A program made the position numbers and the translations under genes. The notes under the pieces are model-generated. The model searched no databases and was not told the origin of the DNA. It saw nothing but the letters and a program-made list of their open reading frames with translations. This document shows, in pieces, positions 18,201-25,881 of a stretch of DNA of 64,000 bases. Origin of the DNA: Terriglobia bacterium. Its GTDB lineage: Bacteria > Acidobacteriota > Terriglobia > 20CM-2-55-15. Each line of letters opens with the position of its first letter. Within the stretch, counting starts at the first letter, position 1. The DNA is taken from the NCBI GenBank assembly GCA_965198225.1, contig CBDAOY010000005.1, positions 128,001 to 192,000 on the forward strand, read 5' to 3'.

Positions 18201-18376
18201 AAAGACCGCGGATCCTCGCGGAAGGTCTCAGTCGAAACCGATCCGGCCGAGAGCGCCCGCAACATCGTCTCGCCGGCGGATCGCACGCCCAGTCCGGGCG
18301 ACGAGCTGAGCGTTTCGATAAGGCTGGCGACCGGTTGAGTCATGGCTGGAAATGAGGGCGGAACAGAGTGTGGCAT
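15293..18376 (-). CDS. Dna2-like PD-(D/E)xK/Fe-S nuclease fused to an SF1B helicase
   Basis: CPK...GMIVH, GRIDAV..VVELKTGK..HAQLFIY, CGACPSWTRRRC; GPPGTGKT, IVDEAGQ, GDDRQLPP, QYRMH, TVERFQGGE, RRFNVALTRAR. Confidence 0.88.
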   Translation of the reverse strand: MPHSVPPSFPAMTQPVASLIETLSSSPGLGVRSAGETMLRALSAGSVSTETFREDPRSLIGPDHGVSRYLAQVIWRALEDDYTSIDDVITALYGVLDRNPPTLEARARGGVRGGDRVVIPEAKILRIRQPVETGDGHWEAGFEAEVTTGPLREREIEVRARSGVNPSACFIIPYFWVHASIAAYNLVPVSEGSFEDCPETFFVLEPLRQVNATSVARALNCPKPLVDQTRRGRGDVTVHTLKGMIVHAMFDRMLEGEDDIAASYEAVLPGYLVQMAAITDSDFDEDAFRAEALRHAAALKEFVDLNPHMREDPQVELRRYSATLGVQGRIDAVFTTGNRLDVVELKTGKRLREEDHAQLFIYRLLLSDWLRRREHMGDEPLEVTTRLLSSNDGTSTPLRTGADFARVLEARNRLAALSYALGRPRPHVPMRYADFDPGVCGACPSWTRRRCMESTEVFGDRPDAAPGPDLEYFRRFSTLVQAEKWTADKDLADLLDDSRRGFRVRNFKTICNARCSGSESGQFVFEFEENDSDLAVGDRVLIHSGRISSSPIFHGYLRSIGGREARISIPLKNVSKAAFEGPSWTIDRFPSDRTSEASQTALYDFLVSPDDPRKRIVLGDLSPALGEGTGDPDPTTGKSLELRSELNPSQVEAVRRAVECRVFRLIWGPPGTGKTKVVPEIVANVGGSVLLGAFTNTAVDKMLLAMLDHDPQARFLRIGRSKDSPELASRLGAEFATYFSDDLASATGSARELRQKLDSVPVVASTAHRASSHPYLRGRTFDMAIVDEAGQLTEPLTLGLIMRARRFVLIGDDRQLPPVVRLQDLGRSMFERLKEQAESAAPGILTLLDTQYRMHPEIMGVSNRLYYSGRLTSGVASEDRIPPVGAPIVFLPVGSDSDGRSNPAEAHVVRDLVEALRERVPAEAIGVISPFRAQVVLLRRLLEGTGVVADTVERFQGGERDVIVISFVRSRGTGFVFDDRRFNVALTRARRKLVMVAHPDLFRDTRYAWICGYAETPPTEAASSSAS

Positions 18377-18394
18377 TGACCACAGTCAAGACGG

Positions 18395-18475
18395 GTCCAG
18401 ACCGTCCAAAGTCCGAGGTCCGAGGTCAGGACAACTTGGACTATGACTTTGGACCTTGGACTTCGGGCCTTGGAC
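18395..18475. repeat. Inverted arrays of heptamer repeats (GTCCRAR / YTTGGAC)
   Basis: gtccaaa gtccgag gtccgag ... cttggac tatgac tttggac cttggac ttcgggc cttggac. Confidence 0.7.
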
Positions 18476-18491
18476 AGAAGGTCAACGACCG

Positions 18492-19145
18492 TCAGCGACC
18501 TTCTGACTCTTCCACACACGTCTTGGCCAACTCCTTGTCAGTCAACCAGAATTGACCGCTGATGAGACGGCCGCCGCCGACCGGCTGGTAGAGACCCTCT
18601 CGAGGCCCCATGTCCCACACCACCACGGGAGAGGCGCCCATACCCAGTTGCCACTCGCCCTCGTCGGTATAGGTGACGCCGGTCAGCGGATATTTCCAGG
18701 CCGGGGTGTGCGATCCAAACGGCACGGCCGGGCCCATAGCGTAGATGGAGCCGAGCAACTGGGCCGTGTTACCGAAGGCGCGGCTGTCGTCAAAGAGCAC
18801 CTGTACCGATGCGATCCGGTCATCGCAGAAGATGAGGTTGACCTGCTCGACTATGAAGTCCTGTTCGAACAGCATGCTGACCAGGCCGAGACCATAGTTG
18901 GAATCCGCAAGCGACAGCGTGTTGCTGCCCGACACCTCAGTCGGCAGCTTCGTCCGCGCGCGGAGTTGGGCGGCTTGCGCCGGTGCCAGCCGCTCGGTGT
19001 TCCGGATCAGAACCTGGTTCCATGGGTCGATGAGCTCGAGTGCCTGGTCGAAATCGCTGCCGAGCAGGTTCCGAAGAATTCCCATGTCGTCGATCTGGGG
19101 AGCGGCCAGAAGCGCGCCGATCAAGATCGTGCCCAGCAACTTCAT
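18492..19145 (-). CDS. Exported hypothetical protein
   Basis: Signal peptide; ATGA overlap with the nucleotidase gene. Confidence 0.75.
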   Translation of the reverse strand: MKLLGTILIGALLAAPQIDDMGILRNLLGSDFDQALELIDPWNQVLIRNTERLAPAQAAQLRARTKLPTEVSGSNTLSLADSNYGLGLVSMLFEQDFIVEQVNLIFCDDRIASVQVLFDDSRAFGNTAQLLGSIYAMGPAVPFGSHTPAWKYPLTGVTYTDEGEWQLGMGASPVVVWDMGPREGLYQPVGGGRLISGQFWLTDKELAKTCVEESEGR

Positions 19146-20623
19146 TGTGCCACCTGGACCCTTCCGTCCAGCAGGCGCGGTATCGTCTCGAGGTCGCCGA
19201 CGTAGGCCGCGAACGCATCGCGCATCAAGACCCCGGTATCGCGAACATCGACCCCGTCGCCGAACTCGTCGATTCCATCGCCGCCGGCAACGAGGAAATC
19301 GTTTGTAGTGACCGAATACATTTCGTGATCCTCGATCGCGCCACCGTCGGACAACTCGAGGGACAACAACCGCTGTCCCGGGGGCCGGTCCAGGTCCACT
19401 CGAACTCGAATGCCGCTGACGGCCATCAGCCCGCGGCTGAGGATCCGTCTGAGGACCTGGCCGGGAAGATTCATCGTGACCAGGGTGTTGTCGAACGGCA
19501 ACAGCTCAAAAACGTGGGCGCGCGTCATCATGCCCTGGCGGATGTCGGCCCGAATACCGCCGAGATTGGTCACTGCGATCTGAGTCTTCCCTTCCGTTCT
19601 GAACGCGTCTGCCACGAGGTTGGCGACCGGGGACTCGGTGACCCTCGACCTCTTCATTTCCGTCGGCGAATGAGCCACGACCGACGTCATGTGGGACTCA
19701 ACCGCGACTTCATAGGGCCTCAGGATGTCGCGCACTTCGGCATCGACGGGGGCATCCCTGGTCGGAATGAGACGCGCCGTCATGCCCACGACCTCGGTGT
19801 CCTCGAAATCGATGTCGATCCGTCCCACGAAACGGCCGTAGTCGCCCGCCTGTACGATCATCGTCTCTCCTACCCGGATCGGTTCCCTCAGTTCCCGGTG
19901 GGAGTGCCCGCCGATGATCAGGTCGACTTCCGGAAACGCATTGGCGACGCGAAGCTCCTCGTCGGGCCGAATGTGGGCGAGGACGATCACGAAGTCGGTT
20001 TGCGCCGCGAGGCGGGGCAGCGAGTTCTCGATCGCCCGGACGACATCCATCACGTGGACCCGTTCCATGTTCTTCGGATGGGATGATGTCTTCAGTTCCT
20101 CGGTGGTCAGCCCGATCACTCCAAACCGGATGCCTTCGACGTTGAAGATCGCCCTCTGCTGGAGATCTTCGAGCGGCACTTGCACGTTAGCGGACAGAAA
20201 CCGGAAATCCGCGTCGATCATCCTCTCCCGGAGGATGTCGATGCCCTTGTCGAATTCGTGGTTGCCAAGAGCGACCGCGTCGTAGCCGATCGCGTTCATA
20301 ACATCGATGACCGCCCGGCCTTCGGACAGGTCCGCGACGGGTGTTCCTGTGAAAATGTCCCCGGCGTCGAACAGCAGTTGCGGTTCGATCTGCTTGACGA
20401 TGGCCGCGATGCGGGCGCTGCCACCCGTTTCGCCGTCGGCCAGGAGATGCCCATGAGTGTCGTTGGTGTGCAGGATAACGACATGAACGTCTTCCGCGGT
20501 GCCGAGCAACAAGCCCACCGACAGAAGCGGACCGAGCACCAGGAAGGCAAGACCTGGAAGGGTGGATGCTTTTTCCGCAAGTCGGCGGAACGAGGCAAAA
20601 ATCGAGTTGTTCGCGGTACTCAT
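19142..20623 (-). CDS. Bifunctional metallophosphatase / 5'-nucleotidase
   Basis: ILHTNDTHG, DAGD, LGNHEFD, IIGGHSH, NLGGIRA, LPFDN. Confidence 0.93.
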   Translation of the reverse strand: MSTANNSIFASFRRLAEKASTLPGLAFLVLGPLLSVGLLLGTAEDVHVVILHTNDTHGHLLADGETGGSARIAAIVKQIEPQLLFDAGDIFTGTPVADLSEGRAVIDVMNAIGYDAVALGNHEFDKGIDILRERMIDADFRFLSANVQVPLEDLQQRAIFNVEGIRFGVIGLTTEELKTSSHPKNMERVHVMDVVRAIENSLPRLAAQTDFVIVLAHIRPDEELRVANAFPEVDLIIGGHSHRELREPIRVGETMIVQAGDYGRFVGRIDIDFEDTEVVGMTARLIPTRDAPVDAEVRDILRPYEVAVESHMTSVVAHSPTEMKRSRVTESPVANLVADAFRTEGKTQIAVTNLGGIRADIRQGMMTRAHVFELLPFDNTLVTMNLPGQVLRRILSRGLMAVSGIRVRVDLDRPPGQRLLSLELSDGGAIEDHEMYSVTTNDFLVAGGDGIDEFGDGVDVRDTGVLMRDAFAAYVGDLETIPRLLDGRVQVAQ

Positions 20624-20832
20624 CGCCGGGAACCAGATGGGGAAATGCTACCATGGGGACGAGATGGAGAAAGTCGTGAAGGAGTTCTCGGATGCGGCCG
20701 TCTCCGGTTTGGTAGGAAGCTCCCGGAGGCGTATAATCCAAGCAGTTAGTGGACGCGACAGAAAGACGCCACGTTTCCCTCTCGTTACCGTCTACTACTC
20801 CGACGTCATCGAAAGCATCCGGAGGTGTCCCG

Positions 20833-21432
20833 ATGAAGACAAAGATTACGCTCGCGATCCTCGCGCTAACCGTAGTTGTCGTCTTGTCCCCGACCGCCGA
20901 AGCGCAACGCGCCGGTTTCGTCGTCGGCCTGGGGCCGGGAGCCGTCCACCAATCGATTTCGCCCCACCTGGTCGGACCTGTCGTTCAACCGTTCGTCTCT
21001 GCGCCTCCCTTCGGAGGAGTGATACCGCCCAGGCATCATGTGCCGCGAGGTCAGGTCATCCAGCAAGGCCAGATCATCTTCATCGGGCCGCCCACTGTGA
21101 AGTACGGGCCGGGGGTTAACCGCTCGGTCGGGCCAATCGTGGCGCCCTACGTCAGCGTGGTTACCCCGCGCGGATCCGGCGTCTTCCCGCGACGCCGACG
21201 CGGGCGCTTCGGCGGGACCCGGATCGTTCAACCCGGAGTGCCGAGCGTGGTCGTCAATCGTCCCGGAAGGGGCATCCGCAACGCGGGAACCGTCACGGGC
21301 CTGCCACGCGCGGACGTGCTCCGGCGTTTCGGACGTCCGAACGTCACGGTCTACAACGCCCAGGGCGAGACGCTGATTTTCGGTCACACTACTATCATCA
21401 TCCAGAATGGCGTCGTGGCCTTCGTGCAGTAA
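20833..21432 (+). CDS. Exported Pro/Val/Gly-rich hypothetical protein
   Basis: GGAGG RBS, signal peptide ending AEA; C-terminal GLPRADVLRRFGRP (SmpA/OmlA-like). Confidence 0.65.
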   Translation: MKTKITLAILALTVVVVLSPTAEAQRAGFVVGLGPGAVHQSISPHLVGPVVQPFVSAPPFGGVIPPRHHVPRGQVIQQGQIIFIGPPTVKYGPGVNRSVGPIVAPYVSVVTPRGSGVFPRRRRGRFGGTRIVQPGVPSVVVNRPGRGIRNAGTVTGLPRADVLRRFGRPNVTVYNAQGETLIFGHTTIIIQNGVVAFVQ

Positions 21433-22090
21433 GATCAGCGGGTGTCGGCTCTGTCCGCGCCTGGTCGAATACCGCGAGGAACTGGCGCGCACCAGGGTTC
21501 GACGTTTCGCGCATTGGAGCTACTGGGGTCGACCCGTCCCGAGCTTCGGTGATCGCCGCGCCCGCCTCCTGATTGTCGGCCTGGCGCCCGCTGCCCACGG
21601 CGCCAACCGGACTGGCCGGATGTTCACCGGGGACCGGTCCGGAGACTGGCTCTACGGCGCCCTCCACCGATTCGGATTTGCAAACCAGCCGACTTCGACC
21701 GATCGCAAGGACGGGCTGAAACTGTCCGATTGTTTCATCACTGCTGCCGCACACTGCGCCCCGCCGGCAAACAAACCCACGCCCGAGGAGTTGGCCAACT
21801 GCCGGCCATATTTCCTGGACGAATTGACACGACTGAAGAAGAGACTACGTGTCGTCGTTCCGTTGGGTCAGATCGGATTCCAGACATACCTGCGCGCCCG
21901 AACGGCACTGGGTTGGGAAAACCCGAGGCCGCTTCCGAAGTTCGGACATGCCCGGGAGGTCCGCCTGCCGGACGGCGTGACGATCGTCTGCTCCTACCAC
22001 CCGAGCCAGCAGAATACGTTCACGGGAAAACTGACCCAACCGATGTTCGACGAGGTTTTTAGGAAGGCGAGAGAAATAATCGAGGCATGA
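21407..22090 (+). CDS. Uracil-DNA glycosylase family 5 (UdgB-like, 4Fe-4S)
   Basis: CRLCPRL, GLAPAAHGANRTGRMFTGD, CAPP.NKP, YHPSQQN. Confidence 0.93.
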   Translation: MASWPSCSKISGCRLCPRLVEYREELARTRVRRFAHWSYWGRPVPSFGDRRARLLIVGLAPAAHGANRTGRMFTGDRSGDWLYGALHRFGFANQPTSTDRKDGLKLSDCFITAAAHCAPPANKPTPEELANCRPYFLDELTRLKKRLRVVVPLGQIGFQTYLRARTALGWENPRPLPKFGHAREVRLPDGVTIVCSYHPSQQNTFTGKLTQPMFDEVFRKAREIIEA

Positions 22091-22106
22091 GCGAGCGAAA
22101 CTTTAT

Positions 22107-22176
22107 GTGTAGGTGCGCTCTATGAGCGCACAGGGTTTCGGCTCGAAGAATGTGAGGTCATAGACCGCCCCTACAC
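22107..22176. repeat. REPIN, 70 bp
   Basis: gtgtaggtgcgctctatgagcgcac ... gtgaggtcatagaccgcccctacac, between convergent genes. Confidence 0.88.
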
Positions 22177-22201
22177 GCGGACGCGGGATTTCGGAGAAGG
22201 G

Positions 22202-22348
22202 TTACACCTGCCAGCGGACGTTGCACACGGAACAGGTCCACCACCCGTCGTGCCAATGACCCAGCGCGGAAACGGTATGCTGGTTGCCGCAGCGGACGCA
22301 TTTGGGTTTGCTCATCGGTTTCTTCCTGGAGGGTTTGGCTTCGGCCAT
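22202..22348 (-). CDS. 48-aa zinc-ribbon microprotein (absent from the ORF track)
   Basis: MAEAKPSRKKPMSKPKCVRCGNQHTVSALGHWHDGWWTCSVCNVRWQV*; AAGGAG RBS; sigma70-like promoter upstream. Confidence 0.7.
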   Translation of the reverse strand: MAEAKPSRKKPMSKPKCVRCGNQHTVSALGHWHDGWWTCSVCNVRWQV

Positions 22349-22386
22349 TGGGACGTGCTCCTTTGCGTAACTTCTATTGGATCAAT

Positions 22387-22416
22387 ACTATACTACCTCC
22401 GCCTGTTCCAATGCAA
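22387..22416 (-). promoter_or_regulatory. Sigma70-type promoter TTGCAT-N18-TATAGT
   Basis: Read directly, about 40 nt upstream of the microprotein ATG. Confidence 0.55.
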
Positions 22417-22456
22417 ATAGACGCGTGATGAGTGCTGAAGTCAAGCGCGTCCTCGG

Positions 22457-22834
22457 CTACGGCTCTTCTTCCAGCATCTTGCGAAACCGCCCCGACCGCA
22501 TGATCCGGACCCCGATCCCTCGGAGGGTCTCAGCCAGCAATCGGTCTGAAGTCACGGCGACAATCTCGCTGCGATCAATCACCTCCTCGGCCAGTTCGAC
22601 GATTCGGTGATCCGCGTCCGAGCCAGGACGCGCAAAGAAGACGGTGACACCATCGCTGAGATCGCCATCTTTCACATCCGGCAGCGGTCGACCGTCAAAT
22701 ACCACGATCGCCTCTTCCCCGTCCGCAACAACCCATTCCGAAGTCTCGCGCAACAGCCTCCGCTGGGCGCCGGGTTTATCGCGGTGCCACCCCACCCGCT
22801 GCCCCATCACGTTGTTGCCGTCAATCAGATACAT
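22457..22834 (-). CDS. NYN/YacP-like PIN-fold protein
   Basis: YLIDGNN, VVFDG, SDADHRI, VTSDRLL. Confidence 0.88.
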   Translation of the reverse strand: MYLIDGNNVMGQRVGWHRDKPGAQRRLLRETSEWVVADGEEAIVVFDGRPLPDVKDGDLSDGVTVFFARPGSDADHRIVELAEEVIDRSEIVAVTSDRLLAETLRGIGVRIMRSGRFRKMLEEEP

Positions 22835-23032
22835 CCGTCATCGGGGAGGTTTCGAATCGTCAAGGTCGCCATGGCGCATTCCCTGAAGGGCAGTCAGAAT
22901 GCTAGCGCATTGCCGCATCGGCCACAAATCCGAACTTTCCATCGCACATCCAGCAGGTCGGCCGGATTCGTATAGTCTTGTAACACTCCAGCTTCTGCAA
23001 CAAACTGCTTCTAAGGTCCAGGTGAAAGCGCT

Positions 23033-25456
23033 TTGAGGGCATGGAACCGAGTGTGGGTCGTTTCAAAAACACTGGCTCTTGCGGTCTGCCTTTTCGGAGC
23101 CTCGGCTGCGAGCGCCCAGGACTGGGAGTGGCGCGACATCACACCGACCTCCGGTGAGACGCCCGAAGCGCGACGCTACGGCAGTGCCGTCTATGATCCG
23201 GTCGGCGGGCAGGTCGTCATTTTCGGAGGCCGCGGAAGCAGCGGGTTTCTGAACGACGTCTGGGCGTTCGACGTCGATACGGAGGATTGGCGTCGTCTGG
23301 TCACCTCGGGCGCTTCTCCCGAAGCGCGTTTCGGCCACAATGCGGTTTACGATCCCGTCGGACACCAGATGGTGGTCTGGGCCGGCCAGGGGAGCCTCTT
23401 CTTCAACGATACATGGCGGCTCGATCTGGCCAGCCTGGAGTGGAGCGACGTCTCGCCTGTGGCCCGGCCGGCGGCCCGGTACGGCTCGGCCGCCATCTAC
23501 GATCCGGTCGATGACAGCCTGGTACAGTTCGCCGGCTTCACCCAGGAGGCCGCGCGATTCCAGGACACGCAGGCGTTTCGGATTGCATCGACAAGCTGGC
23601 TGGACATCACGCCGTCGAGCATCAAGCCACAGATCCGCTGCCTGCACACGGCCGCGCGGGATCAGACCGGCAGATTGATCGTCTACGGAGGCCAGCGCTT
23701 CGGCGCGCTCGGTGACCTGTGGGCGTTCGATATCCGTTCGCGATCGTGGACCGAACTGACACCGGCGGAATCGCCGCCGGGCCGCTACTTCTCCACAAGC
23801 TTCGTCGACAGCGAGGGCTCGTTCATCATTTTTGGCGGCACGACCTCCCAGGGAAACAGCAACGCCACGTGGGCCTACAGTTTCGACACCGGGCAGTGGC
23901 GGCAGCTCGACATCGACTCCGCACCCTCGGCTCGCAACGGCATGGTGGGTGCCTACGTCGAGTCCCAGGACCGGTTCATCATGTTCGGCGGAAGCGGCGG
24001 GGCCCTGTTGAACGATGTCTGGGAGCTGCGCCAGGCGGCGTCCGCGGACCAGTCCGTGACCATCCCCGGCCGGGGAGCAGTCTCTCTGACGAGCGCCGTG
24101 GACGGCGGGTCGACGGTGATCGGCCACACCCGCATCGCCGCCGGTTCAGGCGAGACGCTGCCGGCGGGCGCGGCCATCCTGGGCTTCCGCCAGAACGGCA
24201 TCCTCGTCACCGAAGCGGGCGTTCCGCCCTCTCCACTGAGCCGCGACGCACGCATCTACGTCACGCTCGAGGGGCCGGTCACGACGGGCCTCGCGATCGC
24301 CAACCCGAACGCGGAGCCGGTAAGCGTGTCGTTCTTCTTCACCGACGCCGACGGCGTGGACTCGGCCACCCGCGCGTTCGACATCGCCGCCAACAGCCAG
24401 ATGGCGGGATTCCTGAGCGAATCTCCGTTTGACGCGACGTCACCGTTCCGAGGTACGGTGACGCTCAATTCATCGCTGCCGGTATCGACAATCGCGCTTC
24501 GCGGACTGGCGAACGAACGCTCGGAGTTCCTGTTCACGACTCTTCCTGTGATGGGGTTGTCAGCGACGAGTTCCGAGACCGCCATCGTTCCTCATTTCGT
24601 AGACGGGGGCGGCTGGTCCACCCGGATCGTCCTTGTCAATCCGACCGATCTGGTCATCAGCGGGACGATGGAGTTCATCGATCCGGGGAGCGAAACGACG
24701 GGCGGGCTGCCTATCGAACTGGAGCTGGATGGTCAGACGGGCCAGAGTTTCTCCTACACCCTGAGTCCGCGAAGCGCCCGCCGGTTCCAGACCACGGGCG
24801 GGCTGCCAACGGCCCGCGTCGGCTCTGTCCGCATCGTCCCCACTGCAGGCGAAACCACTCCGTCCGCGCTCGCGATTTTTTCGTTCAGCGCCGGAGGTAT
24901 CACCTCGACCGAAGCCTCGATTTCGGCAACGACAGCCGGTTCCGCGTTCCGGGTTTACGCCGAGGTTGCAGGGGAGTCAGGCCAGATCGGATCGATCCAG
25001 TCCGGCGTCGCCATCGCCAATCCCTCTGCGTCCGGGGTTGCCGTCGCTTTCGAGTTGTTCGACCTGGCGGGCGCGTCTACTGGACTCACGGGAAACCTCT
25101 CTATTCCCGCGCAAGGGCAGATGGCGCTCTTCCTGGACCAGATTCCCGGCTTCGAGACTCTGACAAGCCCTTATCAGGGAGTCCTGCGAATATCGAGCAC
25201 AACGACGGGGATCCATGTGGCCGGAATTCGCAGCCGCTACAACGAGCGGGGAGACTTTCTGATCACGACGACACCGCCAGTCAACGAGTCGGAGGCGGCC
25301 GTGGATTCAGAACTGATCTTCCCCCACGTCGTCGACGGCGGCGGCTATACGACGCAGCTGATCCTGTGGAACAGAGTCGGGGCGGACTCCCCGTCCGCCG
25401 GCGTACTCCGTTTTTTCATGCAGGGCGGTCAGCAGAGCGCTTCGCCATTGCAGTAG
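23033..25456 (+). CDS. Exported Kelch-repeat protein with C-terminal beta-sandwich repeats
   Basis: Six P.AR..H.AVYD..FGG..ND.W repeats; TGLAIANP / PHFVDGGGWST repeats. Confidence 0.88.
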   Translation: MRAWNRVWVVSKTLALAVCLFGASAASAQDWEWRDITPTSGETPEARRYGSAVYDPVGGQVVIFGGRGSSGFLNDVWAFDVDTEDWRRLVTSGASPEARFGHNAVYDPVGHQMVVWAGQGSLFFNDTWRLDLASLEWSDVSPVARPAARYGSAAIYDPVDDSLVQFAGFTQEAARFQDTQAFRIASTSWLDITPSSIKPQIRCLHTAARDQTGRLIVYGGQRFGALGDLWAFDIRSRSWTELTPAESPPGRYFSTSFVDSEGSFIIFGGTTSQGNSNATWAYSFDTGQWRQLDIDSAPSARNGMVGAYVESQDRFIMFGGSGGALLNDVWELRQAASADQSVTIPGRGAVSLTSAVDGGSTVIGHTRIAAGSGETLPAGAAILGFRQNGILVTEAGVPPSPLSRDARIYVTLEGPVTTGLAIANPNAEPVSVSFFFTDADGVDSATRAFDIAANSQMAGFLSESPFDATSPFRGTVTLNSSLPVSTIALRGLANERSEFLFTTLPVMGLSATSSETAIVPHFVDGGGWSTRIVLVNPTDLVISGTMEFIDPGSETTGGLPIELELDGQTGQSFSYTLSPRSARRFQTTGGLPTARVGSVRIVPTAGETTPSALAIFSFSAGGITSTEASISATTAGSAFRVYAEVAGESGQIGSIQSGVAIANPSASGVAVAFELFDLAGASTGLTGNLSIPAQGQMALFLDQIPGFETLTSPYQGVLRISSTTTGIHVAGIRSRYNERGDFLITTTPPVNESEAAVDSELIFPHVVDGGGYTTQLILWNRVGADSPSAGVLRFFMQGGQQSASPLQ

Positions 25457-25591
25457 AAGCCCGGCTGGCCGGGTTCGCCAAAGTTACCCGAGTATGGTGG
25501 TGGGATTCTCGACCTCGACTGTCTCAGTTTCACCCATCGACGGCAGAACCCAAAGTGGTAGGATTCCGTAAGTAGTTTGTTTCGAGCCGCA

Positions 25592-25677
25592 GCCGGAGTG
25601 GCGGAATTGGCAGACGCACCAGACTCAAAATCTGGCGGGGATTACTCCCCGTGGGGGTTCAAGTCCCCCCTCCGGCA
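25592..25677 (+). tRNA. tRNA-Leu(CAA)
   Basis: GCCGGAG/CTCCGGC acceptor stem, CCAGA-CTCAAAA-TCTGG anticodon arm, long variable arm, GTTCAAGTC T-loop; CCA is not encoded. Confidence 0.96.
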
Positions 25678-25881
25678 TTGGTTTTATGGAAGTTACACTG
25701 AATCGCCTCGCTTCAGTGGTTGCCGAGGGAGTCGTGCCCTGGACTCCTGTGTATCCGGGTCGATCGGAACGTCGAATTAGTGAATCGTAGCTCCATTACG
25801 GGACACCTGCACCCGACCCCGCGAGATCAAGCCCCTCGGAACGGATCGCGCGCTCGTTCCGAGGGGGCTACAACATGAGTG

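Noticed and set aside
16250-18355. Long antisense ORFs (701 aa here, 654 aa at 39153, 524 aa at 60777 and others)
   Set aside because: Shadow ORFs of high-GC genes on the opposite strand, with no motifs.
15293-18376. Cas4 of a CRISPR system
   Set aside because: The nuclease is fused to an SF1B helicase in Dna2 order; no cas1/cas2 or array is present.
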